Source of the DNA: an uncultured Planctomycetaceae bacterium
GTDB lineage: Bacteria > Planctomycetota > Planctomycetia > Planctomycetales > Planctomycetaceae
Assembly (NCBI GenBank): GCA_963976765.1
Contig: CAXBME010000008.1
Location: 186,001-250,000 of the forward strand
Length of the DNA: 64,000 nt
Direction: 5' to 3'
How positions within the stretch are numbered: the stretch's first letter is position 1; each line of letters starts with the position of its first letter. The notes beneath the pieces were generated by a model. That model had not been told where the DNA came from. It searched no databases and worked only from the letters and a program-made list of their open reading frames with translations. Of the stretch, positions 20,175 through 31,869 are shown piece by piece. The translations under genes and the position numbers were made by a program.

Positions 20175-21623
20175 ATGCTTGAGATCCCTGTCATCCGTTG
20201 GGGTAAAGAATATAAATCAATGAGCCGGACGGACGTCGTCCATTTTGAGACAGGCGAAACGCTGGCTCAGGTGAATGAGGCCAACGGTGGGCTCATCAAG
20301 ATGGATATGCGGAAAGCGAAGAAGGCTCGTGAAATTCTTCGTCAGTTCAGTATCCAGGAACTTGTCGATAAGTGCGCCGCAGCGGCAGAACTCTTTGAAC
20401 ATGCGACGCTGCCGCTTGGTAATGGCGAGCAGACTCCTGAAGACTTCTGCATGCTTCAGTCGGCAACGACTGGCCTGCCCGAGCACATGTGCAAATTCAA
20501 TATGACGAAGAATGCGTTCGTCATGAAGAACATGGGCAGTATCCTTGATGCACTGACGCGAGGATTACCGTACGAGATTCTGTCGAACGGCTACGGCATG
20601 GAAGACCGTGGCGTCATGGTCAGTTATCAGGCTAACTGCGATGCATCCGGCTGGGTGCTTCCTTCGAACAGTCCCGGCGTGCATACCCTGTGGTTGCCGG
20701 TCATCCCGTTGCAGATCGGTCTGGTTCTGAAGCCAGGGAAGTCCGAGCCGTGGACGCCGTATCGAGTTTATGAAGCGATGGCTCAGGCCGGTATTCCTAG
20801 AGAAGCGTTCTGTCTTTACCCTGGAGCGGGCGACAGTGGTGCGGAACTTGGCGGGGCCGTGCTGGAATGCTGCGAACGATCCGTCATCTTCGGCGGTCAG
20901 GCGACGGTCGAAAAGTACGAAGGAAACCCGCGAATTTCAGCTCACGGACCAGGTTTCTCGAAGATCATTCTTGGCGACGACGTTGTCGATGACTGGGAGA
21001 AATATCTCGATCTGATGGTTGACTCGGTTTATCTCAACAGTGGCCGAAGCTGCATCAGCGCCTCAGGCGTCTGGGCATCGCGACACACCGAAGAGATTGC
21101 CGATGCAATGGCTCAGCGACTTGGACCAGTCGCCCCGTTGCCGATGAACGATCCGAAGGCCGGTCTTGCAGCATTCACGATGGCCGGAGCTGCGAAGGCG
21201 ATGAATGGTCAGATTGACGATGGTTGCGAATCGGGAGCAGTCACCGAAGTGACGGCGAAGTACCGCGACGGCGATCGACTGGTCGAAAAGGAACGCTGCG
21301 ACTTCCTGCGTCCGACCGTCCTGCACGTTTCGGATCCCGACGACCCGATGGCGAATACGGAATTCATGTTCCCGTTCTGCTCGGTTGTTGAATGCCCGCA
21401 AGATCAGATGATCAAGAAGATCGGTTACACGCTGGTCGGCACGTGTCTGACCAATGATGAAGCGTTCTCGCGACAGCTACTCGACGCGACAAACATTGAC
21501 CGGCTCAACATTGGCGAAGTCAAGACGCTGCAACTCAACTGGCTGCAACCTCACGAAGGCAACATCATCGACTTTCTGTATCGGGCACGAGCCTTCCAGA
21601 ACAGCCCGCCGCCAGCACATTGA
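20175..21623 (+). CDS. Aldehyde dehydrogenase family protein (GriD/LuxC-like reductase)
   Basis: PSNSPGVH, LKPG..EP.TP.R, HGPGFSKI, NSGRSCISAS catalytic Cys, E.MFPF, PHEG. Confidence 0.8.
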   Translation: MLEIPVIRWGKEYKSMSRTDVVHFETGETLAQVNEANGGLIKMDMRKAKKAREILRQFSIQELVDKCAAAAELFEHATLPLGNGEQTPEDFCMLQSATTGLPEHMCKFNMTKNAFVMKNMGSILDALTRGLPYEILSNGYGMEDRGVMVSYQANCDASGWVLPSNSPGVHTLWLPVIPLQIGLVLKPGKSEPWTPYRVYEAMAQAGIPREAFCLYPGAGDSGAELGGAVLECCERSVIFGGQATVEKYEGNPRISAHGPGFSKIILGDDVVDDWEKYLDLMVDSVYLNSGRSCISASGVWASRHTEEIADAMAQRLGPVAPLPMNDPKAGLAAFTMAGAAKAMNGQIDDGCESGAVTEVTAKYRDGDRLVEKERCDFLRPTVLHVSDPDDPMANTEFMFPFCSVVECPQDQMIKKIGYTLVGTCLTNDEAFSRQLLDATNIDRLNIGEVKTLQLNWLQPHEGNIIDFLYRARAFQNSPPPAH

Positions 21624-21704
21624 TGGCCGAATCTGCAAACGGTGCAATTGCTCGACGTTCGTGGTCATCGGGAAGGTGAAGAGAATCCTTGCCGGTGGCT
21701 CGAA

Positions 21705-23168
21705 CTACAGAATGAACTGGCTGAGATCTTCGCTGCCGAGGATTTCGCCGAGTTGCTCTCGCACGGCTTCAGAGTCGATCGTTACCGTCCTGCCGGACAT
21801 GGCCGGTGCGTCGAAGCTGACGTTTTCAAGCAGACGCTCAAGGATGGTGTGAAGCCGGCGGGCGCCGATGTTCTGCGTCGACTGATTCATCTGAAATGCG
21901 CAGTCAGCGATCTTTTGAACGGCGTCGTCGCTGAATACGAGTTTGACGCCTTCGACTTTCAACAACGCTTCGTACTGCCGCAGCAGCGAAGATTCGGGCT
22001 CGACCAGGATCCGCACGAAGTCATCACGCGTCAGGTCTGCAAGTTCAACTCGAATCGGGAACCGGCCCTGAAGCTCGGGCATCATGTCCGACGGTCGGCT
22101 CTTATGAAACGCTCCGGCGGCGATGAACAGGATGTTGTCAGTCTTCAGGTTGCCGTACTTCGTCTGGACGGTCGTGCCTTCAACGATCGGCAGAAGATCC
22201 CGCTGCACCCCCTGCCGGCTGACGTCCGGGCCTTTCGAACCTTCACCATCAACGCAGACTTTGTCGATCTCGTCAATGAAAACCAGGCCGGACGCTTCGG
22301 CGAGGCGTAATGCTTCTTCCTGGATTGAGTCTCGATCGATCAGTTCCTCAACGGCCTGGTCGAACAGCACTTTCCGGGCCTGTTCGACGGGCATCTCGCG
22401 AGTCTTCGTCTGGGTGGGGATCAGCCGGTCGAAAACGTTCTGCATGCTCGGATCCATTTGATCCATCCCGAGCCCCGAAAACATCTGCACGGTTGCCGTC
22501 TTCTGCTCAACGCTGAGTTCGACCATCTTGTCGTCGAGCTTGCCGTCGCGCAGCATCTGACGAAACTTTTCGCGGGTTCGCGTCTGGCGTTCCTTACGCT
22601 CTCGCTCTTTCTCGGCAGCGTCGAGCCCAGCCTCTATCGGTTGTGTTTCTGATTCCTCGCCGTCCTGATCGGCAGAGCGGAAATCCGAGCTCGAAGCTGG
22701 CGTGGTGAAATCGGGAAGCGACAGCATCGGCGGTTCCGGGACGCTCGGTTCGGACGACTTCAGCAGCAGGTCAAGAATCCGTTCTTCAACGCGTGTGACG
22801 GCTTCGTCCTCGACATCTTTGCGAGCTTTGTCGCTGACGATACCGATGGCCGCCTCGACGAGGTCGCGGATGATGGACTCGACATCACGACCGTAGTAGC
22901 CGACTTCGGTGTACTTGCTGGCTTCGACCTTTACGAACGGTGCACCGGTCAGTTTAGCGAGGCGTCTCGTGATTTCGGTTTTGCCGACGCCGGTCGGTCC
23001 GATCATCAGGATATTCTTCGGAGTGACTTCGCGACGCATTTCCTCGGGAAGCTGTTTCCATCGCCAACGATTTCGCAGCGCGATCGCAACGGCTCGCTTG
23101 GCGTCGTTCTGCCCGACGATGAACTGGTCGAGTCTGGCAACGACTTCAGTCGGCGTCATTTCGTACAC
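21705..23168 (-). CDS. hslU: ATP-dependent protease ATPase subunit HslU
   Basis: [53 protein letters not shown]. Confidence 0.98.
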   Translation of the reverse strand: MYEMTPTEVVARLDQFIVGQNDAKRAVAIALRNRWRWKQLPEEMRREVTPKNILMIGPTGVGKTEITRRLAKLTGAPFVKVEASKYTEVGYYGRDVESIIRDLVEAAIGIVSDKARKDVEDEAVTRVEERILDLLLKSSEPSVPEPPMLSLPDFTTPASSSDFRSADQDGEESETQPIEAGLDAAEKERERKERQTRTREKFRQMLRDGKLDDKMVELSVEQKTATVQMFSGLGMDQMDPSMQNVFDRLIPTQTKTREMPVEQARKVLFDQAVEELIDRDSIQEEALRLAEASGLVFIDEIDKVCVDGEGSKGPDVSRQGVQRDLLPIVEGTTVQTKYGNLKTDNILFIAAGAFHKSRPSDMMPELQGRFPIRVELADLTRDDFVRILVEPESSLLRQYEALLKVEGVKLVFSDDAVQKIADCAFQMNQSTQNIGARRLHTILERLLENVSFDAPAMSGRTVTIDSEAVREQLGEILGSEDLSQFIL

Positions 23169-23719
23169 GGAATTTCCTCGACGATAAGATTGCTGTTGGT
23201 AAAGACGTCGATGTCCGCCGCGATCGTAAGCGATTCCCGCACGATTTCAGAAGCACTCAGGTCCGAGTGTTTGACCAGCGCTTTCGCAGCGGCAACGGCA
23301 AAGTTTCCGCCGGAACCGATTCCGACGATACCATCGGTCGGCTGCACAACGTCGCCCTGGCCGCTGATCAGCAGGCTGCTGTCCGCATCAACGGTGATCA
23401 TCATTGCTTCGAGTTTTCGCAGAATGCGGTCGGTTCGCCATTCGCGAGCCAGTTCGGTCGCGGCACGAGGCATGTTGCCGGGAAAGTCCTTCAGCTTTGT
23501 CTCGAACCGCTCCATCAGTGCGAAGGCATCGGCAGTTGAACCTGCAAAGCCGACGAGCACTCGCTTATCGAGCATCCACCGAATTTTCTTTGTGTCCGAC
23601 TTCATAATTGTGTTGCCATAGCTGACCTGGCCGTCTCCGCCCAGCGCGACGACGCCGTCTTTGCGGACACTGAGAATCGTGGTCGATCGCCAGACTGGGC
23701 GCTGGTTGTCGGATTTCAT
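23156..23719 (-). CDS. hslV: ATP-dependent protease subunit HslV
   Basis: [31 protein letters not shown]; overlaps the hslU start. Confidence 0.98.
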   Translation of the reverse strand: MKSDNQRPVWRSTTILSVRKDGVVALGGDGQVSYGNTIMKSDTKKIRWMLDKRVLVGFAGSTADAFALMERFETKLKDFPGNMPRAATELAREWRTDRILRKLEAMMITVDADSSLLISGQGDVVQPTDGIVGIGSGGNFAVAAAKALVKHSDLSASEIVRESLTIAADIDVFTNSNLIVEEIPCTK

Positions 23720-24288
23720 GGGGAAGTTGCCTCAGATTTCTTTCAGCTGAATTGTGAAAAAACTTCTGGTTCCCCGAATTCTGGTTCAAGAACTGACGAA
23801 CCGTTTGCGCCTTCGCGAGGCGTCATATCAACTGGTCAGGCCATTCTCAAGCTGCATTCGAAGCTTTCTAAACAGCGTCAGTCGTATCTGGTCGTAAAGT
23901 TCTTGCGGATGGCCGGTTTGGCAGAAGTGAGTTTTCATTTTGAAATCGACGACCTGGAAAAATTGAGTTCCGGCTGGGAAAACTGTAGCGGCAATGTGAC
24001 GTGTGACGATAACTCGTAGAGAACTAACTGACTCGGTCGCGGAACGGTTGCGTGATTGAGTCAAGTCAGGAGCAACAATTGAAGCGGGCCTGAAGTTTTC
24101 TCACTGATGTTGAGGAAATTGATCCGCGACAGGAACAAAGAGGTCTCGCAGAAAAGGATTTCTGCGACTGGTCAGATTCAAGTTTTCAGGCTTGAACAGA
24201 CGGCTGGAACAAGAAACTCGCGTGTCCGAGGCAAAGTGTTTCGGACTGAACCCCTCAGGCCTACGCGACAGATACAGGTACGGAGACC

Positions 24289-24963
24289 ATGAAACTTCAT
24301 CACTTCTTAAAGTCCACAGTTGCAGCCCTGGCCTGTGCGGGAACACTGATTCCAGGAGGTCTCGTGCAAGCCGGCGAGACATCGGTGAGAACCGAGGCCA
24401 AAAAGCCGGCCAATATTGTACGTGACTTGTCACTCACAGAGGACGGCGTTCTGGAAGGGCAGGTCTTTGACGCGAAGAAAGCGGCGTCGTCAGGTGTCGT
24501 CGTTTCGATCCGTCAGGTAAAGGAACGCAAAGAAGTTCATCGAACAAAGACGGATGACAAAGGTCAATTCGCAGTTCGAGACCTCAAGCCAGGCACGTAC
24601 TACATTGTGGCCGGAACAGGTCATGGGGTGTATCGGGTCTGGGCGAACGGCATTGCACCGCCAAAGGCGTTGAAGGCTGCTCGAATCGTCTCAGACAAGT
24701 CGCTGGTTCGAGGCCAGAGCCCGGACGGAAACATTCTCTATGATGAAAACGGCGTTGCCTACGGGCAGGTTCGCATTGTCGATAATGGCGGACTGGTTCC
24801 TGTTTCGCCTGGCGGAGCGTTCGCCGCACCATCCTCAGGATTTCTCGACAGCCTTGGGCTGTACGATGTGCTGATTCTCGGCGGTGTTGGAGCCGGAATT
24901 GGCCTTGGAATTGCCGCTCTCAATGAAGCTGATGACAACGACGCGCCGGCAGCGACTCCATAA
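24289..24963 (+). CDS. Exported carboxypeptidase-regulatory-like (transthyretin fold) domain protein
   Basis: Signal peptide, LEGQV, TDDKGQF....LKPGTY, C-terminal Gly-rich TM segment; GGAG RBS. Confidence 0.75.
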   Translation: MKLHHFLKSTVAALACAGTLIPGGLVQAGETSVRTEAKKPANIVRDLSLTEDGVLEGQVFDAKKAASSGVVVSIRQVKERKEVHRTKTDDKGQFAVRDLKPGTYYIVAGTGHGVYRVWANGIAPPKALKAARIVSDKSLVRGQSPDGNILYDENGVAYGQVRIVDNGGLVPVSPGGAFAAPSSGFLDSLGLYDVLILGGVGAGIGLGIAALNEADDNDAPAATP

Positions 24964-24999
24964 ATTACGAGTCTCAATTCAAACTCAGCGGTCATCAAT

Positions 25000-25037
25000 C
25001 AGCCGTATCCGAAACAGACTTCGGATGCGGCTGTTTT
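25000..25037 (+). terminator. Rho-independent terminator
   Basis: CAGCCGTATCCGAA-loop-TTCGGATGCGGCTG followed by TTTT. Confidence 0.75.
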
Positions 25038-25172
25038 CGTTTGTCGGATCGGCAGCACCTCTTCGACTGTTTCGTCGCTGTTGTGTGTTTATGATGTTGG
25101 GCGTCATCCAGCAAAGCGTCCACGAATTCATGGCAAGAGAATTCACTAGAGATAGATAGAAGGCTGATCAGA

Positions 25173-28037
25173 ATGGCCAGCCCGGTTCCAACGATCGATT
25201 CGCTCTCTTCCGAGCAGCGATCGCGTGTTGAGGAAGCAAGCTCAAACTTCCGCAACGCCATCAAGGCGAATCCGAACTCTCGCATTCATGAGTTCATGGG
25301 CGATGCTCTGGGCGTCGAGCGACAGGTTCTGCTGCGCGAACTCCTTCAGATCGAAATTGAAGACCGCCGCCAGCGAGGGCGAATTCCTGAGCAGGGGCAT
25401 TATTCAAGTCTGTTTCCCGATTCTTCTCATATCGTTGCCAGTGTGTTCGAATCGGTTGATCCGTTGATGGTGAATTCAGAAGCCGTTGAGACGGTTCTGC
25501 CAGGGATTTCGCCGACAGAAAACGAGGCAGGCCAGCGTCCGGAAATGGCAGACGGCGAATTAAGTACCGGTTCAGATCAGCAGTCTGTTGAGACGATTGT
25601 CGAAACCAGCGTTGCGGACGCTTCCGCGGAAACCGAACGTGATACCCTGGTTGAAACTGGCAGCGCCCAGGTGTCGACGGTCAATTCTTCCAGAAATCAG
25701 ACAGACATCGAGACTATTGTCCCAACGGATGATGGCGGATCGCCGGTCACGATGGACGAGAATCGGGTTTCGGAAACGCTCGTCGGTGGTCCTGTTTCAT
25801 CCTTCGCGTCAGTGCGGTCGACTCCGGGGCCGGTTATCGGCTCCGGGCAGACATTTGGCGATTACGATTTGATCAGTCCGCTCGGGCAGGGAGGGATGGG
25901 AGTTGTTTACAAAGCTCGCCAGCGAGCAGCGAACCGACTGGTTGCGTTGAAAATTATTCGCCCCGACCGCATGAGCAACATGACCGAGGTCACTCAGCGG
26001 CGGATGGTCGATCGCTTCAAGGCCGAAGCTCATGCGGCCGCGCGGCTTCAGCACGACAACCTGGTGACCGTTTACGACGTCGGCGAAATCGATGGGTGTC
26101 ATTATTTCTCGATGCAGTATGTCGAAGGCGGTTCGCTGTCGGATCAGATCAGCGATCGATCTCTCGACAGCCGCGAAGCGGCGATATTTGTCGAACCGGT
26201 CTGTCGAGCGGTCCACGCTGCTCACGAACAGGGCATTCTGCACCGTGATATCAAGCCGGCAAACATCCTTATCGAAGACGGAACCCTGCGCCCACGCATT
26301 GCCGACTTCGGTCTTGCGAAACTCCAGAACGAAGATCAGGAACTGACTCGATCCGGTGAGGCAATGGGCACGCCATCCTACATGCCGCCCGAGCAGTTCG
26401 GCGACGCCGCCAGCGCGACTGCACGTTCAGACATTTATTCAATCGGCGCGACGCTGTATCACCTGCTGAGTGGTCGACCGCCGTTCAAAGCAGCGACTTC
26501 GATGGCGACGATGCGGCAGGTGCTGAATGTTGAACCGGTCGCGCTGCGGGAACTCAATCCGGAAGTCGATCAGGATCTTGAGACAATCTGCATGAAGTGT
26601 CTGGAGAAAGAACCGGACCGCCGGTTCCAGACTGCTGCGGAAGTCGCCGATGAACTGAAACGATTCATCAATGGCGAACCGATTCTGTCGCGACCTCTCA
26701 GTCGTCCGGAACGTTTCGTCCGCTGGTGTCGCCGTAACCCGCTGGTGTCGTCGTTGAGCGGCCTGGCTGTCGTCAGCGTCATTGTTGCTCTGGTGAGTCT
26801 AGCCGTCGCGTATGTGAAAACCGACGAGGCTCGGCAGCAGGTCGAGTCCAGCCTGAAGGAAACGACTAAGGCTCAACAGGTTTCTGAGGCCAGTTTTCAG
26901 GATGCACTGGCGGCGGTGAATGACTTCTTCACCCGCGTCAGCGAAGATCGCTTGATGAACGAACCGGGAGCCGAGGGCCTTCGTCATGAATTGCTGGGGC
27001 TCGCTCGCGATTACTATCAACGATTCCTGAATCGCCGTTCTGATGACCCGACCGTTCGTGATGAAGTAGCACTCTCACACTTTCGAGTCGGTCTGATCGT
27101 TGAGGAACTCGACTCACCACAGGCCGCCGTCGAGTCCTACGAGAAGGCTCGCGACATTCAATCAAAATTGCTTGCCGACTTACCGGATGCCGGTTCGACT
27201 GCTGCAAAAGTCACAAAACGAGCGCTCAGTCGAACTCTGAACGCTCTGGCGCGAGTGGCGACAAACATGGACGATCTCGATGGCGCCGAAGTTCTTTTTA
27301 ATGAAACTCGAAAGTTGCGGGTTGAACTTGTCGAGTCGACGCCCGACGACGAAGAGCGAATCGAGTTTGACCGGCTCCTTGCGAGTGTCGATATGAATCT
27401 TGGTTTGTTGGCCAGGCGGCGGTCGGAACTGGACAGGACGGAGACGCTCTATCGAAAGGCCCAGGAGCTTCGTCAAAGAACATTGCGGCTTCGGCCAAAG
27501 GATCAGCAGCTTCGACGTGACCTTGCCAAAGGCTGGTACAACCTCGCGAATCTGGCGGTCGATCAGAACGATGCACCGTCGGCCGGCAAGAATATTCAGC
27601 TTGCTATCACTGAACTGGAGTCGCTGCTGGCGGAGAACCCTGACGATTTGAGAGACCGATATCTGCTTGCCGTTTGTTACCGGCTGCTGGCCGATTTGAA
27701 CGCCGCCTTGACTGCTGTCGACGCGTCGAAACTTTCGGACTCGATCGACGCCTACAGCAAGGCGAGATTTTCAATGCAGGATCTGTCTGAACGCAGCCCC
27801 GCCGTCCATCGTTACCGAGTCGAACTCGGGCAACTGCTGATGAACATTGGCCAGCTCGAAGGGCAGCAGCGAAATTTTACCGCAGCCAGATCTGCTCTTG
27901 AGAAAGCTGAAGAAGTTTTCGCGGCGCTCGTTAAAGAGGAGCCCGGCAACAGCGAGTTCCAGGAATTGCTGAAGCAGACGCAAGCCGTTCTCCAGCAGCT
28001 CGACGCTTTCGAGAAAGTGTCTGCCGAACAACCGTAA
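25173..28037 (+). CDS. Hanks-type Ser/Thr protein kinase with TM helix and TPR-like C-terminus
   Basis: LGQGGMGVVY, VALK, HRDIKPANIL, DFG, GTPSYMPPEQ, RWCRRNP, helical repeats. Confidence 0.95.
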   Translation: MASPVPTIDSLSSEQRSRVEEASSNFRNAIKANPNSRIHEFMGDALGVERQVLLRELLQIEIEDRRQRGRIPEQGHYSSLFPDSSHIVASVFESVDPLMVNSEAVETVLPGISPTENEAGQRPEMADGELSTGSDQQSVETIVETSVADASAETERDTLVETGSAQVSTVNSSRNQTDIETIVPTDDGGSPVTMDENRVSETLVGGPVSSFASVRSTPGPVIGSGQTFGDYDLISPLGQGGMGVVYKARQRAANRLVALKIIRPDRMSNMTEVTQRRMVDRFKAEAHAAARLQHDNLVTVYDVGEIDGCHYFSMQYVEGGSLSDQISDRSLDSREAAIFVEPVCRAVHAAHEQGILHRDIKPANILIEDGTLRPRIADFGLAKLQNEDQELTRSGEAMGTPSYMPPEQFGDAASATARSDIYSIGATLYHLLSGRPPFKAATSMATMRQVLNVEPVALRELNPEVDQDLETICMKCLEKEPDRRFQTAAEVADELKRFINGEPILSRPLSRPERFVRWCRRNPLVSSLSGLAVVSVIVALVSLAVAYVKTDEARQQVESSLKETTKAQQVSEASFQDALAAVNDFFTRVSEDRLMNEPGAEGLRHELLGLARDYYQRFLNRRSDDPTVRDEVALSHFRVGLIVEELDSPQAAVESYEKARDIQSKLLADLPDAGSTAAKVTKRALSRTLNALARVATNMDDLDGAEVLFNETRKLRVELVESTPDDEERIEFDRLLASVDMNLGLLARRRSELDRTETLYRKAQELRQRTLRLRPKDQQLRRDLAKGWYNLANLAVDQNDAPSAGKNIQLAITELESLLAENPDDLRDRYLLAVCYRLLADLNAALTAVDASKLSDSIDAYSKARFSMQDLSERSPAVHRYRVELGQLLMNIGQLEGQQRNFTAARSALEKAEEVFAALVKEEPGNSEFQELLKQTQAVLQQLDAFEKVSAEQP

Positions 28038-28287
28038 AAAGTTCGCCCCTCTCGTACTGTGAAGCTTTGCGGCTTATTCCGCTCATAGCGGATTGGTGGG
28101 CAGAAATCTATCTGCTCTCTGACTGCTGACAAACTCAGAGGGTAGCGAGGGTCGATACCACGACAACGGTTCTGTGTTTCGATCGAGTCGTGCAGGATCT
28201 CCCTTTTATGCGAGTCAGCCGATCGTGGCGCACCGCGACAGACTCGTCGTCGAGTATCGAAACAAGCCCGCTGAGAGACTGTCTACA

Positions 28288-29760
28288 ATGGCTATGAGAT
28301 ATTTGAAAATGTCACGCCGAATGCTCAAGTCGTCCCTGCGAACGTTGTCGATGACTACTGCGGTGACGATGGGGCTGTCTGGCTTCAACGTTGCCTGTGT
28401 GGTCGCTCAGTCGCCAAACGATTTGCAAGAAACAGGTTCGGCCGTCGCCAAGGCCAATAAATCGGTAAGCATTGAGCCCGGATACAGCTCTGTTCAGCCC
28501 GCCGGGTACAACGAGCTCGCTCAGAACGACGCAGTGAACAAACCTCAGCCGCCGGTTCGTCCTTCTGTTCAGCCGGCTCCGAATCGCCCACCGTCGACAA
28601 TCGAGCCCGCTCCGCCTGCGACCACGGTTGAACCTGACCGTCCGAAAGCAACTCCGCCAGTATCAACACCCTCAACCGGGGCGGCGGATTCTTCCACCAC
28701 AACGCCGGCGCTGTCTCCATTTGCGGCGTTCGAACCACCATCCCGCAATAACCCGTTTCTCGCAAGACTGTCGCGCACTCCGGACGTTTTCGGCGACAGC
28801 TTTAATCCAGTCTCGGCAGCCATCTTCTTGAATAATCTGATTGTATCATCGCCCCTTGACCAGGTTGTCACGGACCTTCCACTAGGTGGTGGGATGAGAC
28901 GGTTCAAGAATGAGCATGCCAGAGCGTTGCCAACGGACCGAGTCTTCTTCTTGTACAATCATTTTCATAATGCGTTGAGATTTGAAACTGACAACACTTC
29001 AGTAACAGACAATGTTGATCAGTTTACGTTTGGCTTCGAAAAGACATCTGACGATGGGCAGTGGTCATTCGAACTTCGTATGCCGTTTTCTGGCGATGTT
29101 GACCTTGCCGGTGATGACGCCGCCGTTGAGTCAAACGGAGTGGGGAATCTGGTCGGCACATTGAAACGGCTGTTGTACTCTGACTCGAACTTTGCTGCCG
29201 CACTTGGCCTGGCTGTGGTCGCACCGACGGGAAGCGACGCTACTGTTACCTTTTCATTTGCCGGACAGTCTGCACGAACTGAATTCAAAAACGATGCGGT
29301 ACACTTACTGCCATATCTTGCTCTGCAGATGGCGCCGGACGATAACTGGTTTTTCCACACCTTCGTCCAGGTGGACATTGCGGCGAATGAGAACAAGGTC
29401 AACCTGCAGGGCCCCGGATTCTCCGATTCAGGCTCGCTTGCGGATCAGACATTGCTCTACCTGGACGCATCAGCCGGATACTGGTGGTATCGGACTACGA
29501 ACGATTCGGGCCTCACCGGCCTGGCATCGGTCGTCGAACTTCACTACACGACAACGCTCAACGATGCTGACACTGCAAACCTGAATGGTGCGTTCATCGG
29601 CAATTTCGAGAATCGGTACGACGTGCTGAACCTCACAGCTGGCGTACATTCGGAATGGAGCGGAAACACCGCTGTTCGAGTCGCCGTTGTCGTGCCACTG
29701 GACCGCGACGAACGATTCTTCGATTCAGAAACTCAGGTTTCAGTTATCCGCCGATACTGA
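28288..29760 (+). CDS. Planctomycete-type exported protein, probable outer-membrane beta-barrel
   Basis: Signal peptide, Pro-rich linker, P.DRVFF.YNHFHNA, FGFEKT, ELHYTT, alternating beta pattern, C-terminal aromatic residue. Confidence 0.65.
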   Translation: MAMRYLKMSRRMLKSSLRTLSMTTAVTMGLSGFNVACVVAQSPNDLQETGSAVAKANKSVSIEPGYSSVQPAGYNELAQNDAVNKPQPPVRPSVQPAPNRPPSTIEPAPPATTVEPDRPKATPPVSTPSTGAADSSTTTPALSPFAAFEPPSRNNPFLARLSRTPDVFGDSFNPVSAAIFLNNLIVSSPLDQVVTDLPLGGGMRRFKNEHARALPTDRVFFLYNHFHNALRFETDNTSVTDNVDQFTFGFEKTSDDGQWSFELRMPFSGDVDLAGDDAAVESNGVGNLVGTLKRLLYSDSNFAAALGLAVVAPTGSDATVTFSFAGQSARTEFKNDAVHLLPYLALQMAPDDNWFFHTFVQVDIAANENKVNLQGPGFSDSGSLADQTLLYLDASAGYWWYRTTNDSGLTGLASVVELHYTTTLNDADTANLNGAFIGNFENRYDVLNLTAGVHSEWSGNTAVRVAVVVPLDRDERFFDSETQVSVIRRY

Positions 29761-30155
29761 GAGTCTGGTTTGATAAGGAATGAACTGGGCCTGTCGATCT
29801 CAATTGAAAGAAGCGGTCTTTTGGAATAAAGCCAGAGGTTCGCGTTTGCTCCGGCCTGTAAAACCGCTGCCTGATGAGTAGTTCCGAGACGTCAATTCGA
29901 GATTCTTACACGGCAGATTTCTGAACCGAAATCTGAAATTTCGAGCAGCACCGGGAGAATGCGATCAGTCGACCGCCGAATCTGGCCGAAAACACAGATT
30001 GTCGAGGCTGAAAATCGAGTATTGGGACGAATTGACGGTCTCGCCCAAGCTCTATAAACTCCCGCCACTTCGTCACTGGTTGATTCCGTGTTCTGCGATC
30101 TGAAGATGGCAGAAAGAGTTTTGGCAACGCGTAACGCAGTTCAGAAAACATACTT

Positions 30156-30210
<55 letters not shown>

Positions 30211-30229
<19 letters not shown>

Positions 30230-31692
30230 CTATTGTTTGAGATGAGCCCTTCGGCGAGAACGTCGAAGGGTTTTCTTATTGTCGGGCATAGAGTTACGCC
30301 ATCGAGGGTGCAGTTCAAACAGACGATTTCGAGGATTCGACGCTTTGCATCGTAATCGGCAGTAAGCCATTGCTGACGCAGCGTTTGCGAAAGTTCAAAC
30401 ACTTTGGACGCCAGTTCATCGCGTGAGCGGTCAACCACATCGAGCTGAAGCTTGATGGATGCCAGGCGGTCACGGAGTTCCGTGCTCTTGCGGGCGTAGA
30501 CTTCCTGATCGATGTCATCCGCCAGCCGCAGATTGAGCAGGCGGTCCTGCTGCTGCACCAGCAGAGTTTCCTGACGCTGAAGCTCTGCCCTTTGAGCCTG
30601 AGCATCAGCCTGAGAGTCTCGTGTCTGAGACGCAAGCACGGTTCGGAACCAGTCTCGAACCGCTTCGTCTTCGATCCGCATCCGATCGAAGAGGGCTAAT
30701 ATCTGGCGATCGAACTCGGCTTCCGGAACCCGCACGCGGGGATGTCCGGCTGCCGTGTACCGGGCACACCGGTAATAGATGTAGTAGCGGGGACCGCTTT
30801 TCGTCATCTTTGTTTTACGCTCTCCGGTGACCGGATGGCCGCAATGAGCACAGTGCATGAACTCGCCGGAATACGTCAGGGCGTGTGAGTGGTAATTGCT
30901 GCCTCCCAGCAACGCCTGCACGCGGTCCCATGTCGATCGATCAATCAGCGGTTCATGCTTTCCGGGATACCATTCGCCGCGAAATTCCAGCTCGCCGATA
31001 TAGGCCCGGTCTCGCAGGATGTTGTGAATTGAACCTCGCGGAAACTTCGGCATCGACTTGCGCCAGACTGAACTCCCGGCGTTCATCTTTTCCGTCACGC
31101 CATCGAGTGTCAGATTCTCATAGGCGTAGAGATGAAAGATGCGGCGAACGTTGTCGGCCTGCTGTGGTTCGATTTCGACGATGCCACGTCCGTCTCTGCG
31201 GACATTACGGTAACCATAAGGAGCAAGTCCGACGAACCAGCCTTCCCTCACACGACGGGCGAGACCTTCCCGGACATCGACAGACTGCTGCTCCGTATAG
31301 AAGCTGGCCATGTTGGCCAGCGTTCTTCTCATCATACGCCCCGCCGGATTGTTCTCTGTCGGCTGTGAAACGCAGATGAAGGGGACGTCGTACTCGGATT
31401 CGAGACGTTCAATTTCCACGAAGTCAAACAGATTTCTGGCGGCACGGTCGACCTTGTAGACCAGCAGCCCGTCCAGTTCGAAACAGTGTTTCTTCGTGTA
31501 AGAAATCAACTCGCGAAATGTCTTCCGTTCATCCGACTTGCTCGCTGTTTCGGCGATGCGGAACAACCGGGCAATCGTCCCGTTGTTCGATTCGGCATAA
31601 CGCTTGAGAGCATCCTCCTGAATATCCAGCGAGAAGCCTTCACGCTCCTGCTCCCTCGAAGAAACACGAGCCAACGCGACGAACTTCTTCAT
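30211..31692 (-). CDS. Large serine recombinase (integrase)
   Basis: ARVSS catalytic Ser, VDRAARN, APYGY recombinase domain, CAHC...YYRC zinc ribbon, coiled coil. Confidence 0.95.
30247..30277 (+). terminator. Terminator downstream of tRNA-Pro, embedded in the integrase CDS
   Basis: CCCTTCGGCG-AGAA-CGTCGAAGGG then TTTTCTT. Confidence 0.7.
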
Positions 31693-31781
31693 GATACGGC
31701 TCCGATGAAAAATCCGTTCCAGTCAATCCGCAGTGTATCGACCGATCTGCGGCGCGCGAGTTCACTTCCACACCACAGAAC

Positions 31782-31812
31782 AAAAAAGGCCGCATCTGCG
31801 GAAGATGCGGCC
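31782..31812 (-). terminator. Rho-independent terminator upstream of the integrase
   Basis: Minus strand GGCCGCATCT-TCCGC-AGATGCGGCC followed by TTTTTT. Confidence 0.8.
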
Positions 31813-31869
31813 ACGAAGTCCTGAAACGTATCAAGCTCATTGTGCCTCCTGCTGAACGATGAAATCACA

